Notes under the pieces: generated by a model
Told to the model about the DNA's origin: nothing
Seen by the model: only the letters and a program-made list of their open reading frames with translations
Databases searched by the model: none
DNA from: Candidatus Binatia bacterium
GTDB taxonomy: Bacteria > Desulfobacterota > Binatia > HRBIN30
Assembly: GCA_038245295.1 (NCBI GenBank)
Contig: JBBRSP010000030.1
Location: forward strand, 14,875 to 78,874
Length of the DNA: 64,000 bases
Reading direction: 5' to 3'
Translations under genes and position numbers: made by a program
In this document: one piece after another, positions 28,539 to 37,598 of the stretch
How the letters are laid out: each line of letters begins with the position of its first letter
Position numbering within the stretch: position 1 is the first letter of the stretch

Positions 28539-29117
28539 ATGACGAAACTACGACGGATCTTATGCGCGGTTGCAGTAGCGATATCGTTGCTCCGACCGCA
28601 ATCGGCCCATGCCCGCCCAATCGAGGGTGTGACGTTCGCCGAGCGCTACACGGCCAGCGGTGTCGATCTGCCGCTGCACTGCGCGGCACTGCTGCGCTAC
28701 ATGGTGTTCATCAAAGCCTACGTCGTGGCTCTCTATATGCCGGCCGACGTTCCGGCCTCCGATGTTTTGAAGGATGTGCCGAAGCGGTTGGAGATAGCGT
28801 ATCTCCACGCGATCTCGGGCAAGGACTTCGGGCCGGCCGGCGAGAAGGTGCTGGCCCAGAATGTTGATGCCGCGACCGTGACCCGGCTGCGGCAGCGCCT
28901 GGACCAGATCGGCAAGCTCTACAAAGATGTGAAGCCGGGTGACCGTTACGCGCTGACGTACGTTCCGGGGAAGGGTACCGAGTTGGCGCTCAACGGTGTA
29001 CGCCAGGGTGTCGTTGAGGGGGCCGACTTTGCCGCCGCCTACTTCTCGATCTGGATCGGCTCCAATCCGATCGATGGTTCCACACGTGACGGTCTTCTGG
29101 CGTGCGCTGCGCCGTGA
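28539..29117 (+). CDS. Chalcone isomerase-like secreted protein
   Basis: Signal peptide (AHA), FIKAYVVALY, DVKPGDRYAL, FAAAYFSIWIG. Confidence 0.85.
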   Translation: MTKLRRILCAVAVAISLLRPQSAHARPIEGVTFAERYTASGVDLPLHCAALLRYMVFIKAYVVALYMPADVPASDVLKDVPKRLEIAYLHAISGKDFGPAGEKVLAQNVDAATVTRLRQRLDQIGKLYKDVKPGDRYALTYVPGKGTELALNGVRQGVVEGADFAAAYFSIWIGSNPIDGSTRDGLLACAAP

Positions 29118-29137
29118 AGATTCGGCGCTGTCTGCCG

Positions 29138-29518
29138 CTAGCGGACTCGGTCGACGTAGATGTATTCGACCTGACCGCGGTCGTTGATGAACAAGTTGAT
29201 CAGGAAGCTGAAGATACTGATCAGGATTGAGCCGAAGACCGCCGAAAAGAATCCGTGGACCACGAAGCCCGGAACAACCAGGCTGGTGAGCTTGAGGACA
29301 ATCCCGTTCACCACGAAGGTGAAGAGTCCGAGGGTGACGAGATTGATCGGCAGGGTCAGCAGCAACAGAACCGGTCGGACGAAAGCGTTGAACAGCCCGA
29401 GGACGAAGGCAGCGATGCCAAGAGCCGCCAGGCCAGTGACATAAACGCCTCCCACAACTTGTGTGGTCAGCCACAGAGCGAACGCCGTCGTGAGCCAACG
29501 AATCAAAGCACCAGGCAT
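29138..29518 (-). CDS. Membrane protein of the DUF360/4-TM holin-like family
   Basis: NAFVRPVLLLLTLPINLVTLGLFTFVVNG; GGAGG RBS. Confidence 0.9.
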   Translation of the reverse strand: MPGALIRWLTTAFALWLTTQVVGGVYVTGLAALGIAAFVLGLFNAFVRPVLLLLTLPINLVTLGLFTFVVNGIVLKLTSLVVPGFVVHGFFSAVFGSILISIFSFLINLFINDRGQVEYIYVDRVR

Positions 29519-29676
29519 GGGATGACCTCCTTCCTCGCCGAGATAATCACGGAGTTACACTGGCGCTATTGCGCCTGGCGCATTTGAGCAACTAAGTTCC
29601 CCACACGATGGTCACATCCCCTGGGCAGAGTCGAATTCTCCCGCCGCTCGTCATCGCGCCGCGAACAACTCGCCGA

Positions 29677-30099
29677 ATGATGCGCCGCCTCCGGAATAGC
29701 CTGGTCACCCTTGGCCTGGCACTGGGCGTGTCTGCCTGCCTCTGGCGCGGTTATGACAAGATCATCAACGTTCACCTCGATGTGCTCACTCATATGGCCG
29801 TGAAGCTCGTGTTGGTTGTCGAGAGCGGACGCTTGGGTTCGGAGGGCATGGCCGAGTACAGCTATCCGGCCGAGCGGGCGCGGCAGTTCCTGCAGCAGTT
29901 CGATGACAAGCACGATCGTCCGTCGCATCAGGAAATGGCCAAGCTGCTGGATCGCTACGAGGCGTTCGTCAAGGCTGTCGACGCGGCCCGGCGCGCGCCG
30001 GAGCAGGCGACGGCGACGCCGGAGTGGATGCACACCGAGCGAGATGCATTGTGGGAACAAGCCGCGAAGATCCGCGCCGATGTGGAAGCAGGACGTTGA
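29677..30099 (+). CDS. Hypothetical lipoprotein
   Basis: MMRRLRNSLVTLGLALGVSAC lipobox-like signal followed by a helical domain. Confidence 0.7.
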   Translation: MMRRLRNSLVTLGLALGVSACLWRGYDKIINVHLDVLTHMAVKLVLVVESGRLGSEGMAEYSYPAERARQFLQQFDDKHDRPSHQEMAKLLDRYEAFVKAVDAARRAPEQATATPEWMHTERDALWEQAAKIRADVEAGR

Positions 30100-30111
30100 G
30101 CCGCCATTGCG

Positions 30112-30672
30112 ATGATGCGAAACGCGGGAAACCTCCTTACCGGCTTGCGCATCTTCCTGACGCCGCTGTTCATCCTCACTGTCTTGCGAGCGGTCGGCTC
30201 ACCGGCGTGGGGGGCGGTTGCCGTCGTCCAATTCGCCATTGTCGCGGCCAGTGATGTCTGGGATGGACGCCTGGCCCGACGCGCCGGCCGTGCCAGCGAA
30301 TTGGGGCGCTGGTTCGATCATCTTGCCGACATCGGATACCTACTCGCAGCGCTCGGTGTGTACGTTTATCTGGGTGAGTTACCCTGGTGGGTCCCTGCTT
30401 CCGTGGCGAGCGCCTTCACCTTCTATGTTGTGGATTCACAGCTGCAGACCCCACCCGTAGCGACGAGGAACCCGGGCCCGCCGCGTCTGATCAGCAGCCG
30501 CATCGGCCACGTCGGCGGTGTCTGCAACTACATCCTCATCGGTGTTCTGGTGTGTAATGACAGCCTCGGCCTGCGCTGGCTACCAAGCTGGTTTCTGCTG
30601 GGTCTCTTCTATCTGGTGCCGCTGTATTCAGCCGCCGCCGTCATTGCCCGCGTGGCGACGCGACCGGGTTGA
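30112..30672 (+). CDS. CDP-alcohol phosphatidyltransferase family protein
   Basis: NLLTGLR and DVWDGRLARR...LGRWFDHLAD signature. Confidence 0.9.
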   Translation: MMRNAGNLLTGLRIFLTPLFILTVLRAVGSPAWGAVAVVQFAIVAASDVWDGRLARRAGRASELGRWFDHLADIGYLLAALGVYVYLGELPWWVPASVASAFTFYVVDSQLQTPPVATRNPGPPRLISSRIGHVGGVCNYILIGVLVCNDSLGLRWLPSWFLLGLFYLVPLYSAAAVIARVATRPG

Positions 30673-30736
30673 CTCCGTCGTTCTCGATCGGAGAGCCGGC
30701 GCGCCGCCGCGCGGATGAGTTGAGCTCAGTAGCGAT

Positions 30737-32872
30737 TCAATGGACGTCAGGAACGTTGGTGAAGGCGCAAGCCCCATTCGGTCCGGTGCAGAAGTTCTCG
30801 ATTCGGCCGTTCGGGCGTAGGAACGCATCGATCTGCGCCTGCGCCGCGTCTAGGAGTCGTACCGCTTCGTGCACGCCATTGTCTTCCGCCGGCGGCTGGT
30901 TTCCTTCCGGTGGCGGCGAGCCGCCGACATCGTAGGGAATAAAGGCCGAGCCGTCGAAGGGAGCCGCCATCTCGGGCACGCCAAACAACGGGTAGGTCGT
31001 TGGCGCCAATGCCGGGATGCCGAAGCTGCGCGCCTGGATACCGGCGGCAACGCTGGAGACCTGCGAGTCGTTGACGCCAGTCTGCATGATCAGCTTCTTC
31101 ACCGGGCTGCCCGGGAAAGGATTCTGCAAGATGCGGTGCATGTAGCCGTTGGGCTCACCACGGTCCCACAGTTGCTGGATCAGCGGGAAACCGAGAACGC
31201 GATCGAGATCGTTCGGGTAGCTCTGGTTGACGACGAAACCGAAGGGGTTGAAGTCGATGCTGCGCTGTAAGAGTGTGCTGTAGTTGGCGGCGCCGACGCC
31301 GAGGACACCACGCTTTACGTCGGGGGAAAGCGCCAAGACAGCTCCACCTTCGATGCCGCCCTGGCTGTTGCCGTAGTAGTAGATCTCTTGCGTGTCGATG
31401 ACGCCGCGGCCGTTGACCTGAAAGGCCGGATGCGAGTTGAGCCCGTCGGCCGATGTCATCAGACGACCCAGCAGGATGAAGTTCAAGAACGCTTGCTGCA
31501 GTCGATCGGCAAGCTGATTGAAATTGGAGAAGTCACCGATGATGCGCAGCGTATTGTTGACGTCATCTTCGGAGAGGCCGACCCAGTGGGTTCCGGCGAT
31601 CACGAAATTGTAACGACTGCTGAGCAGTCGCAAGTTGTGCGCGCTCACCTCGTCGGGGGCGCCGAGCAGCCCGTGCCCGTAGGTGATCGGCCGCGCCAGT
31701 GGTGCGTCGGCCCCCGCCACGGCACTCGGCGGGATGTTGGCAACGAAGGTCGCCTGGGTCGTGCCGTTCTGCAGCGGCTTGCCATTGGCGTCGAGGTTGT
31801 ACACCGCCGGCGGAGTGGCGCTGTTCATGTAGAGGGGCACGGTGAACTTGCCGGTGACGCGGCGGGCGATTTCGGGAGACGGATTGTCCTCGACCATGTC
31901 CACCGTAAACGCCGGCGCCCCGGGCCCGTTTGCGGCAAGGCCCTGGTCGCGCATCGACAACATGCGGCCGGTGATGGCTTCGTCGCTGGCGGTAACGAAG
32001 TCCCATGCCAGGATCAGATTCGATCGAGGAACGTTGGCATTGGTCAGTCGGCTGAAGATGTCTTCGAAGTGTGCGCGCCGCGCGTTGATGGCGGCCACCG
32101 GGCTCGTCTGCCCATCGCGCAAGATTTGAAACGGGCGAGTTGCAGCGATCGCCCCACCAGCGAGGTCTTTCAGATTGCGTAGCCCCACCAGGTAGCGATG
32201 TGCGTTCTGCAGTCGTTTGCCGGGGCGGATGATCAAAGCGCGCGTCTCGGTCGCCGTCGCCTGGGCGTCCATCTCGACGAAGTGCAGGATGTGTTCGCCG
32301 GTCTCAGCGTCCACCAGAACCGTCGGGCTATCAGCGTCCAGGGAGTGCCCGATGTCGGTGATCAAGGCGGTGTTCGAAGCGCTCAAATCAACACCGCTGG
32401 GGAAGAGTGCCAGGATTACCGTCCCAGGGCTGAATCCGTCGAGTGTGTTCCACTCGGTGGGGTTGATGTGGATGCCGCGCACGTTGGCCGGCATGGAGGC
32501 GCGCGCGAAGTTGACCTTGTATCGGGTCGGCGTGCTCGCATCGGTCGCCAGGAAATACGACGACGGGTAGGGCAGCAAGCAGTGCCCGGTGTTGATGAAC
32601 TCACACGGCACCGCCGCGGTGTCGAGCGCACACAGCGGCTCGCTCGCTTGCACAGCCGGGTCCTGGCACGACGGGATGGGAGTCAGTGACGGGGTCGGGG
32701 TGCTGGTCGGCAGCGGTGTTGACGTCCGTGTTGCCGTCGCCGTCAGGCTGTGGGTCGGCGTGGCTGCCGCTGGGGCGGCGTGGTGGTCGTCATCGCCGCA
32801 GCCGGCGAGTGACAGAGCAAGGGTAAGCGAGATCAGCGACGTGACCAGCTCACGATGTGGCGTACGATTCAT
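30737..32872 (-). CDS. Lipoprotein alpha/beta-hydrolase (lipase-like)
   Basis: LAGC lipobox, PT-rich linker, LDGFSP, HGLLG, GNSQGG nucleophile elbow. Confidence 0.82.
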   Translation of the reverse strand: MNRTPHRELVTSLISLTLALSLAGCGDDDHHAAPAAATPTHSLTATATRTSTPLPTSTPTPSLTPIPSCQDPAVQASEPLCALDTAAVPCEFINTGHCLLPYPSSYFLATDASTPTRYKVNFARASMPANVRGIHINPTEWNTLDGFSPGTVILALFPSGVDLSASNTALITDIGHSLDADSPTVLVDAETGEHILHFVEMDAQATATETRALIIRPGKRLQNAHRYLVGLRNLKDLAGGAIAATRPFQILRDGQTSPVAAINARRAHFEDIFSRLTNANVPRSNLILAWDFVTASDEAITGRMLSMRDQGLAANGPGAPAFTVDMVEDNPSPEIARRVTGKFTVPLYMNSATPPAVYNLDANGKPLQNGTTQATFVANIPPSAVAGADAPLARPITYGHGLLGAPDEVSAHNLRLLSSRYNFVIAGTHWVGLSEDDVNNTLRIIGDFSNFNQLADRLQQAFLNFILLGRLMTSADGLNSHPAFQVNGRGVIDTQEIYYYGNSQGGIEGGAVLALSPDVKRGVLGVGAANYSTLLQRSIDFNPFGFVVNQSYPNDLDRVLGFPLIQQLWDRGEPNGYMHRILQNPFPGSPVKKLIMQTGVNDSQVSSVAAGIQARSFGIPALAPTTYPLFGVPEMAAPFDGSAFIPYDVGGSPPPEGNQPPAEDNGVHEAVRLLDAAQAQIDAFLRPNGRIENFCTGPNGACAFTNVPDVH

Positions 32873-32978
32873 GAATCGATTCTCCTATTCGTCGGCGACG
32901 GAAATTGAGGTGGTAGCACGAATCTCGAAGTGCTGGCCAGCGGCGCGGGCCAGCCGGCTTACGCCAGCGGACGCTTCG

Positions 32979-33971
32979 CTATGCCGCGGCGTCTTCGGTG
33001 ACACGACGGAAGTCGCCGGCGCTGACTCCGGTCAATGGTAGAGCGATGGCGCCTTGAGCCACGATCGTTAGAACCTGAATGGCGTTGAGCACGAGGCCGT
33101 ACGCAAGAGCGTCGGCCTGCGGCACGCCGAAGATGCCGAGTGCCATGATGCAAGCGGCCTGGAACGGTCCGACCATACCCGGAGCGTTCGGCAGAGCGGT
33201 GCCAAACCCAATGAAGATGAAGACGATGAGTGCGGCGTTGAACGGGACCTCGAAGTGGAACGCACGGATTAGCGCGTAGCTCGATAGGATCGGCAGCGAC
33301 CACATGGCGATCGATAACACGAAGACACTCAATACGAGACGCCCGTTCGGGAGGATACGCATCCCATCGACGATGGCCTTGGTTACGCGTTTGACGCTGT
33401 TGCGGGCGCCCTCGGGCAGCAAGCTGCCGATGCCACTGTCGATGAAGGCTTCGCCCCGCAGGTAGACCAGCAGCACGACGACAGCCAGAACGAGGGCCCC
33501 GATCGCGGGGAACATGGCACCCCGGCGCACCCATTCCGGTAGATCGCGGGTCGTAATCAACCCGACAAGAATGAAGAAGACGATGGCAAAGGAGTCCATC
33601 ATCTTCTCGACGACAAGATTGCCGACGACGTTGGAGATACTCACCGAGGAACGGCGTGACAGAAGCCACGGCCGCACCACCTCTCCCATGCGGGCTGGAA
33701 TGAGATTGATTGCCATGTACGCCACGGCGGTGATCGACCAAAGTCTTCCGAATGGAACGAGCTCCAGCGGTTGGAGTTCCATTTGCCAGCGCCAGGTGCG
33801 GGCGAGCATCAGCAGGATGCTGAGGAACACCGCCGGAAGCAGCCACGCGTAGTCGAGGCGTCCGAGCGCCGCGCCGACATCGGCGATCGGCACATTGCGG
33901 AACGAAAAGTAGAGGAACACCGCCGCTACCGCGGTGCTGAGGAGCGTATTGCGTACGACCCGGCCGTCCAT
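32979..33971 (-). CDS. Lysylphosphatidylglycerol synthase TM/flippase-like membrane protein
   Basis: RTWRW, NLIPARMGEVVR, EKMMD, PNAPGMVG. Confidence 0.88.
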   Translation of the reverse strand: MDGRVVRNTLLSTAVAAVFLYFSFRNVPIADVGAALGRLDYAWLLPAVFLSILLMLARTWRWQMELQPLELVPFGRLWSITAVAYMAINLIPARMGEVVRPWLLSRRSSVSISNVVGNLVVEKMMDSFAIVFFILVGLITTRDLPEWVRRGAMFPAIGALVLAVVVLLVYLRGEAFIDSGIGSLLPEGARNSVKRVTKAIVDGMRILPNGRLVLSVFVLSIAMWSLPILSSYALIRAFHFEVPFNAALIVFIFIGFGTALPNAPGMVGPFQAACIMALGIFGVPQADALAYGLVLNAIQVLTIVAQGAIALPLTGVSAGDFRRVTEDAAA

Positions 33972-34030
33972 GGCGCAGCATTGTGGCAGAGTGAGGCGCT
34001 GCGCGGTAGTCGTCAGTGCTCAGTTCGTTC

Positions 34031-34945
34031 TCAAACGACCAGGCCGATACGGCTGAGATCACCGAAGACGCAATTCTCGAGGCCGCCGGCCGGGTCGCTG
34101 GTGCTGAATAGGGCGCCGACGCGTCGACACGTATCGGAGAGATCGGCCAGGTGTTGATCGAGTGCCGTCGCGTAGCGCTCTCGGTTGCGTTCATCGAGTG
34201 TGATCCACCGCTTGGCTCCGGCTTCGGCATCGATGATCTCGACCCGTTTGAAGTACTGCCCCGGATCCCGTTCGGCGGGACCCAGTAGCCGCACCACCGC
34301 CAACGTGAATTGGCGTGCGACCAACTCCCCCAGTGTCGGCTCGTATTGGCTCGGCGCCATGAGGAAGTCCGAGATCAGCACCGCGATGCCTGGCGTGTGG
34401 TACGTCTGCATGGCGCCGGCGACGCCACCGCGCAGCGCCGTGCCGCCGCTGGGGCGGAGGGCGGCAATGAACTCGATGGCCGATGGCAGCCTCTGCACGT
34501 GACGAAATACCGGTGAGGCAACATGCTCCTGCGGCAGGCTCTCGCCGAGTGCGATGATGCGAACCGGATCGTGACGCCGCAGCGCCAGATAGGTCAGGCT
34601 TGCCGCCAAGGCCTGGGCAAAGCCGAACTTGTCATCGTCACGCGGTGCGTCCATCGATGCCGATGTGTCGACGAAAAGATGCACGGCGGCCTCGCGTTCG
34701 GCGCGGAAGGTGCGGACCATGAGCTGGTCGAGCCGCGACAGGGCGTTCCAGTCGATGTGTCGAAGATCGTCGCCCGGGTAGTAGGGCTTGTGCCCCGCCA
34801 CCTCGATTCCGGAAGTCTGTGTGGCGCGTGGCACCGGCGTATTTCCCGGGCGCATGCTGGTGGCGTGGCGCACGCGCAGGCGTGTGCGATCCAGTTTACG
34901 CAAGAAGCGCGGCTCGAGGACCGCGCGCAGGCCAGGCTTCATCAT
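34031..34945 (-). CDS. DUF58 domain protein
   Basis: YYPGDDLRHIDWNA, DTSASM, LISDF. Confidence 0.9.
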   Translation of the reverse strand: MMKPGLRAVLEPRFLRKLDRTRLRVRHATSMRPGNTPVPRATQTSGIEVAGHKPYYPGDDLRHIDWNALSRLDQLMVRTFRAEREAAVHLFVDTSASMDAPRDDDKFGFAQALAASLTYLALRRHDPVRIIALGESLPQEHVASPVFRHVQRLPSAIEFIAALRPSGGTALRGGVAGAMQTYHTPGIAVLISDFLMAPSQYEPTLGELVARQFTLAVVRLLGPAERDPGQYFKRVEIIDAEAGAKRWITLDERNRERYATALDQHLADLSDTCRRVGALFSTSDPAGGLENCVFGDLSRIGLVV

Positions 34946-34957
34946 TGGGGGAAGAAA

Positions 34958-36001
34958 CTAGTGTCGCAGTTTGGCGGCGGAGTCGACGATGCGCTGGATG
35001 AGATTGCGCGCGTCGATGCCGTCGGCGATCGCTGCGAAGTTGAGCACCAGGCGATGCTGCAGGGCGGCGACGGCAACCGCGTCGATATCGGCGAAGCTGA
35101 TGTTGACGCGTCCGTCGACCAGGGCGCGCACTTTGGCCCCGAGCAGTAAGGCCTGGCCGCCGCGCGGGCTGGAGCCGAAGCTGACGTAACGACTGATCTG
35201 TTCGTCGACCGGCAGTACCGATGGTGTCGCCGGCGCGAATCGCGAGCCGTTTGGCACAGTCGCCCGTACGAGGGCGGCGGCATAACCTTCCAGAGGCGGA
35301 GCAACGAGAACCTCGCGCACCAGGCTGCGCAGGTATTGGACCCGCTGCGCCGCCTCGTCGCCGGCAAAGACGGCGTCGACTTCCGGGACACCCGGGCCGG
35401 TGGTTGTGCCAATGATGGTGCGCATCTCGGCGTCATCGGGATAGGGCAGCACCACCTTGAAGAGAAAGCGATCGAGTTGCGCCTCCGGCAGAGGGAAGGT
35501 CCCTTCCATCTCGATCGGGTTGAGCGTGGCGAGAACGAAGAAGGGCGCCTCGAGTTGGTGGCTCTGACCGGCGACTGTGACCTGCAACTCGGCCATCGCT
35601 TCCAACAACGCAGACTGTGTTTTGGGTGTGGCGCGGTTGATCTCGTCGGCGAGCAGGACATGGGTGAACAGCGGGCCGGGCATGAACGCAAAGACGCGCC
35701 GTCCATGCTCCTCGGTGAGGATCCGTGTTCCGGTGATGTCTGCCGGCATGAGATCAACCGTGAACTGAACGCGGTTGAACGACAGGTTCAGCGCACTGCC
35801 GAGCGAACGCACCAGGAGTGTCTTGCCGGTGCCGGGAACGCCCTCGATGAGGACGTGTCCGCCAGCGAAGAACGCCGTGAGGATATGATCGATCATCTCA
35901 CGATGACCCACGATGACGCGGCCAAGTTGGTCGCGCAGCTTTTGAAACGTGCCCTGGAAGTCGCGCACGGCTCGTTGCGGGTTCTGGTTCTCCTCGGCCA
36001 T
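34958..36001 (-). CDS. MoxR family AAA+ ATPase
   Basis: EGVPGTGKT, QFTVDLMPADITG, DEINRATPKTQSALLEAM, LPEAQLDRF, SPRG. Confidence 0.95.
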   Translation of the reverse strand: MAEENQNPQRAVRDFQGTFQKLRDQLGRVIVGHREMIDHILTAFFAGGHVLIEGVPGTGKTLLVRSLGSALNLSFNRVQFTVDLMPADITGTRILTEEHGRRVFAFMPGPLFTHVLLADEINRATPKTQSALLEAMAELQVTVAGQSHQLEAPFFVLATLNPIEMEGTFPLPEAQLDRFLFKVVLPYPDDAEMRTIIGTTTGPGVPEVDAVFAGDEAAQRVQYLRSLVREVLVAPPLEGYAAALVRATVPNGSRFAPATPSVLPVDEQISRYVSFGSSPRGGQALLLGAKVRALVDGRVNISFADIDAVAVAALQHRLVLNFAAIADGIDARNLIQRIVDSAAKLRH

Positions 36002-37374
36002 TACTCTCCTTCTTGCGGCGGTTGCGGGCGCTGTGAATAGACGCGCCGCACCAGCTCTTCAAACTCGGGGGGGATCTCTGCCTTACGCATGGCGTCGTCC
36101 TGCTGCTGTCGCTGATTCAGGTCGACGGACGGGGCCGGGACCTGGCCGCCGCGCTCGGGCGCGTGTTGCGGCTTTTGTTGCGCTTCGCGGGCGTCGAGGT
36201 TCTGCAGGAAGGTGCCGAGGGTCAACTTGAACACCTTGGGTTCACTCTCCGTCGCCATGGCGCCGCCGGTCGAGGCGAGAACGCTGTCGGCTTGACTCCC
36301 CTCACCGCCCTTTGGGGTGTCGGTGCCGTCGCCGTTTTTTGCCGGATCCGCCCTTGGCTCGGAGCGATTCGCGGCGCCGGTCCGATTGGAATCCGTCCCC
36401 GCTTGCTCGCCCTTCGCATGTCCGTCTTTTCCCTCGAGGCTGCCGCCCTTCTCGCCGGGGCGGGGATCGGTGGTTCCCGTATCGGTCTTCTCCTCGGCGA
36501 TATTTTCGGCAACGCCCAACTGATCGCGACGGAAATTCACGGCCAGCGAACTCGCCATCTGTTGTGGCAGCCAGTTCTCCAACTTTGAGGCAATTCGTTG
36601 TGGCAATGTCTGCGGTTTGCCGGCGGCACCCGGGATCTTGCCGTCCGGGCTGCGTCCGTCCGATTCTTGCCCGGCTGAGGAATGCGTGTCGGCGGCGCCC
36701 TGTTCGCCGTTGCTGCCGCCCGCGTCGCCGCTGGCCGCCGCATCGCCCGGGCCGCTGGGTTGGGGTTCGTTCGCAGAGGCGCCGCCGCTGGTTCCCGCCG
36801 CCAACGCGTGCTCGAGGGCCGCGATCTGTTCTTCGTTGACCGCAGGCGCCGCTTGCGTCGGCGCCTGTGTGGGGCTCTCGGGAGGCGGATCCGGCGCCAA
36901 CCAGTTGCTGGCGCCGAGAAGAAGTAGGGAGATGACCAACGCGTAGAGTGATCGCGGTGGGTGCCACGGCGCCAAGCGGCTGACTTCCCAGCGGGCTCCG
37001 AGGGCGAGAGATTGCGCCACGAGGACGGCGGCAAAGCGCGACGACTGTTTTCGTTGGCGCAAGGCAACCAGCGTCATCAGGCGCTCGTCAAGTTGGCCCT
37101 GGCGGTCGGCCAGGTGGGCAACGTCGGCCACCGAAAGCCAACGTGTGTAGACCCGTATGCCTGCGGTGATGCCGACGGCCAGGATCACCAAGACTCCGCC
37201 GGCAAACATGCCGGGGCGGCGCCAGACTCCGAGGGCCACGGCCCCAGCGGCGAGGGCGACGGTTAGCGCGAGCGCGGCGGCGAGTGTTTCGATTGAATGG
37301 GTGGCGTTGAGGCGGGCGCGCAACTCTTCGAGCCGCTCCTCCACCGCCGAAACTCCGAGCGAGATTGCCGCCAT
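36001..37374 (-). CDS. MoxR-associated membrane protein with a low-complexity tail
   Basis: Three N-terminal TM segments, G/S/D-rich region, C-terminal IPPEFEELVRRVYS. Start position uncertain. Confidence 0.75.
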   Translation of the reverse strand: MAAISLGVSAVEERLEELRARLNATHSIETLAAALALTVALAAGAVALGVWRRPGMFAGGVLVILAVGITAGIRVYTRWLSVADVAHLADRQGQLDERLMTLVALRQRKQSSRFAAVLVAQSLALGARWEVSRLAPWHPPRSLYALVISLLLLGASNWLAPDPPPESPTQAPTQAAPAVNEEQIAALEHALAAGTSGGASANEPQPSGPGDAAASGDAGGSNGEQGAADTHSSAGQESDGRSPDGKIPGAAGKPQTLPQRIASKLENWLPQQMASSLAVNFRRDQLGVAENIAEEKTDTGTTDPRPGEKGGSLEGKDGHAKGEQAGTDSNRTGAANRSEPRADPAKNGDGTDTPKGGEGSQADSVLASTGGAMATESEPKVFKLTLGTFLQNLDAREAQQKPQHAPERGGQVPAPSVDLNQRQQQDDAMRKAEIPPEFEELVRRVYSQRPQPPQEGE

Positions 37375-37598
37375 AAACAGATCGGTTGACCATATCCTCG
37401 TGACTGGCGTCGCGTCCAGTCGTGTCACCGATTTCGGCGGCGGGCGGCCGATCGGATGGGCGTCGAACGGTGCGGGGCAACAAAACCTGTGTTTCCCCGT
37501 TTGGAACTGACTCCGTTTACGGTACAAGGGGGCCGCCCAGCCCCAGGGACGGGTCCCGGGGGGACGGGGGCGTGCAAGCGCAGATCGAGGAGGGTGGT

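Noticed and set aside
29138..29518. Prophage suggested by the holin-family annotation
   Set aside because: This family is commonly chromosomal and no other phage gene is nearby.
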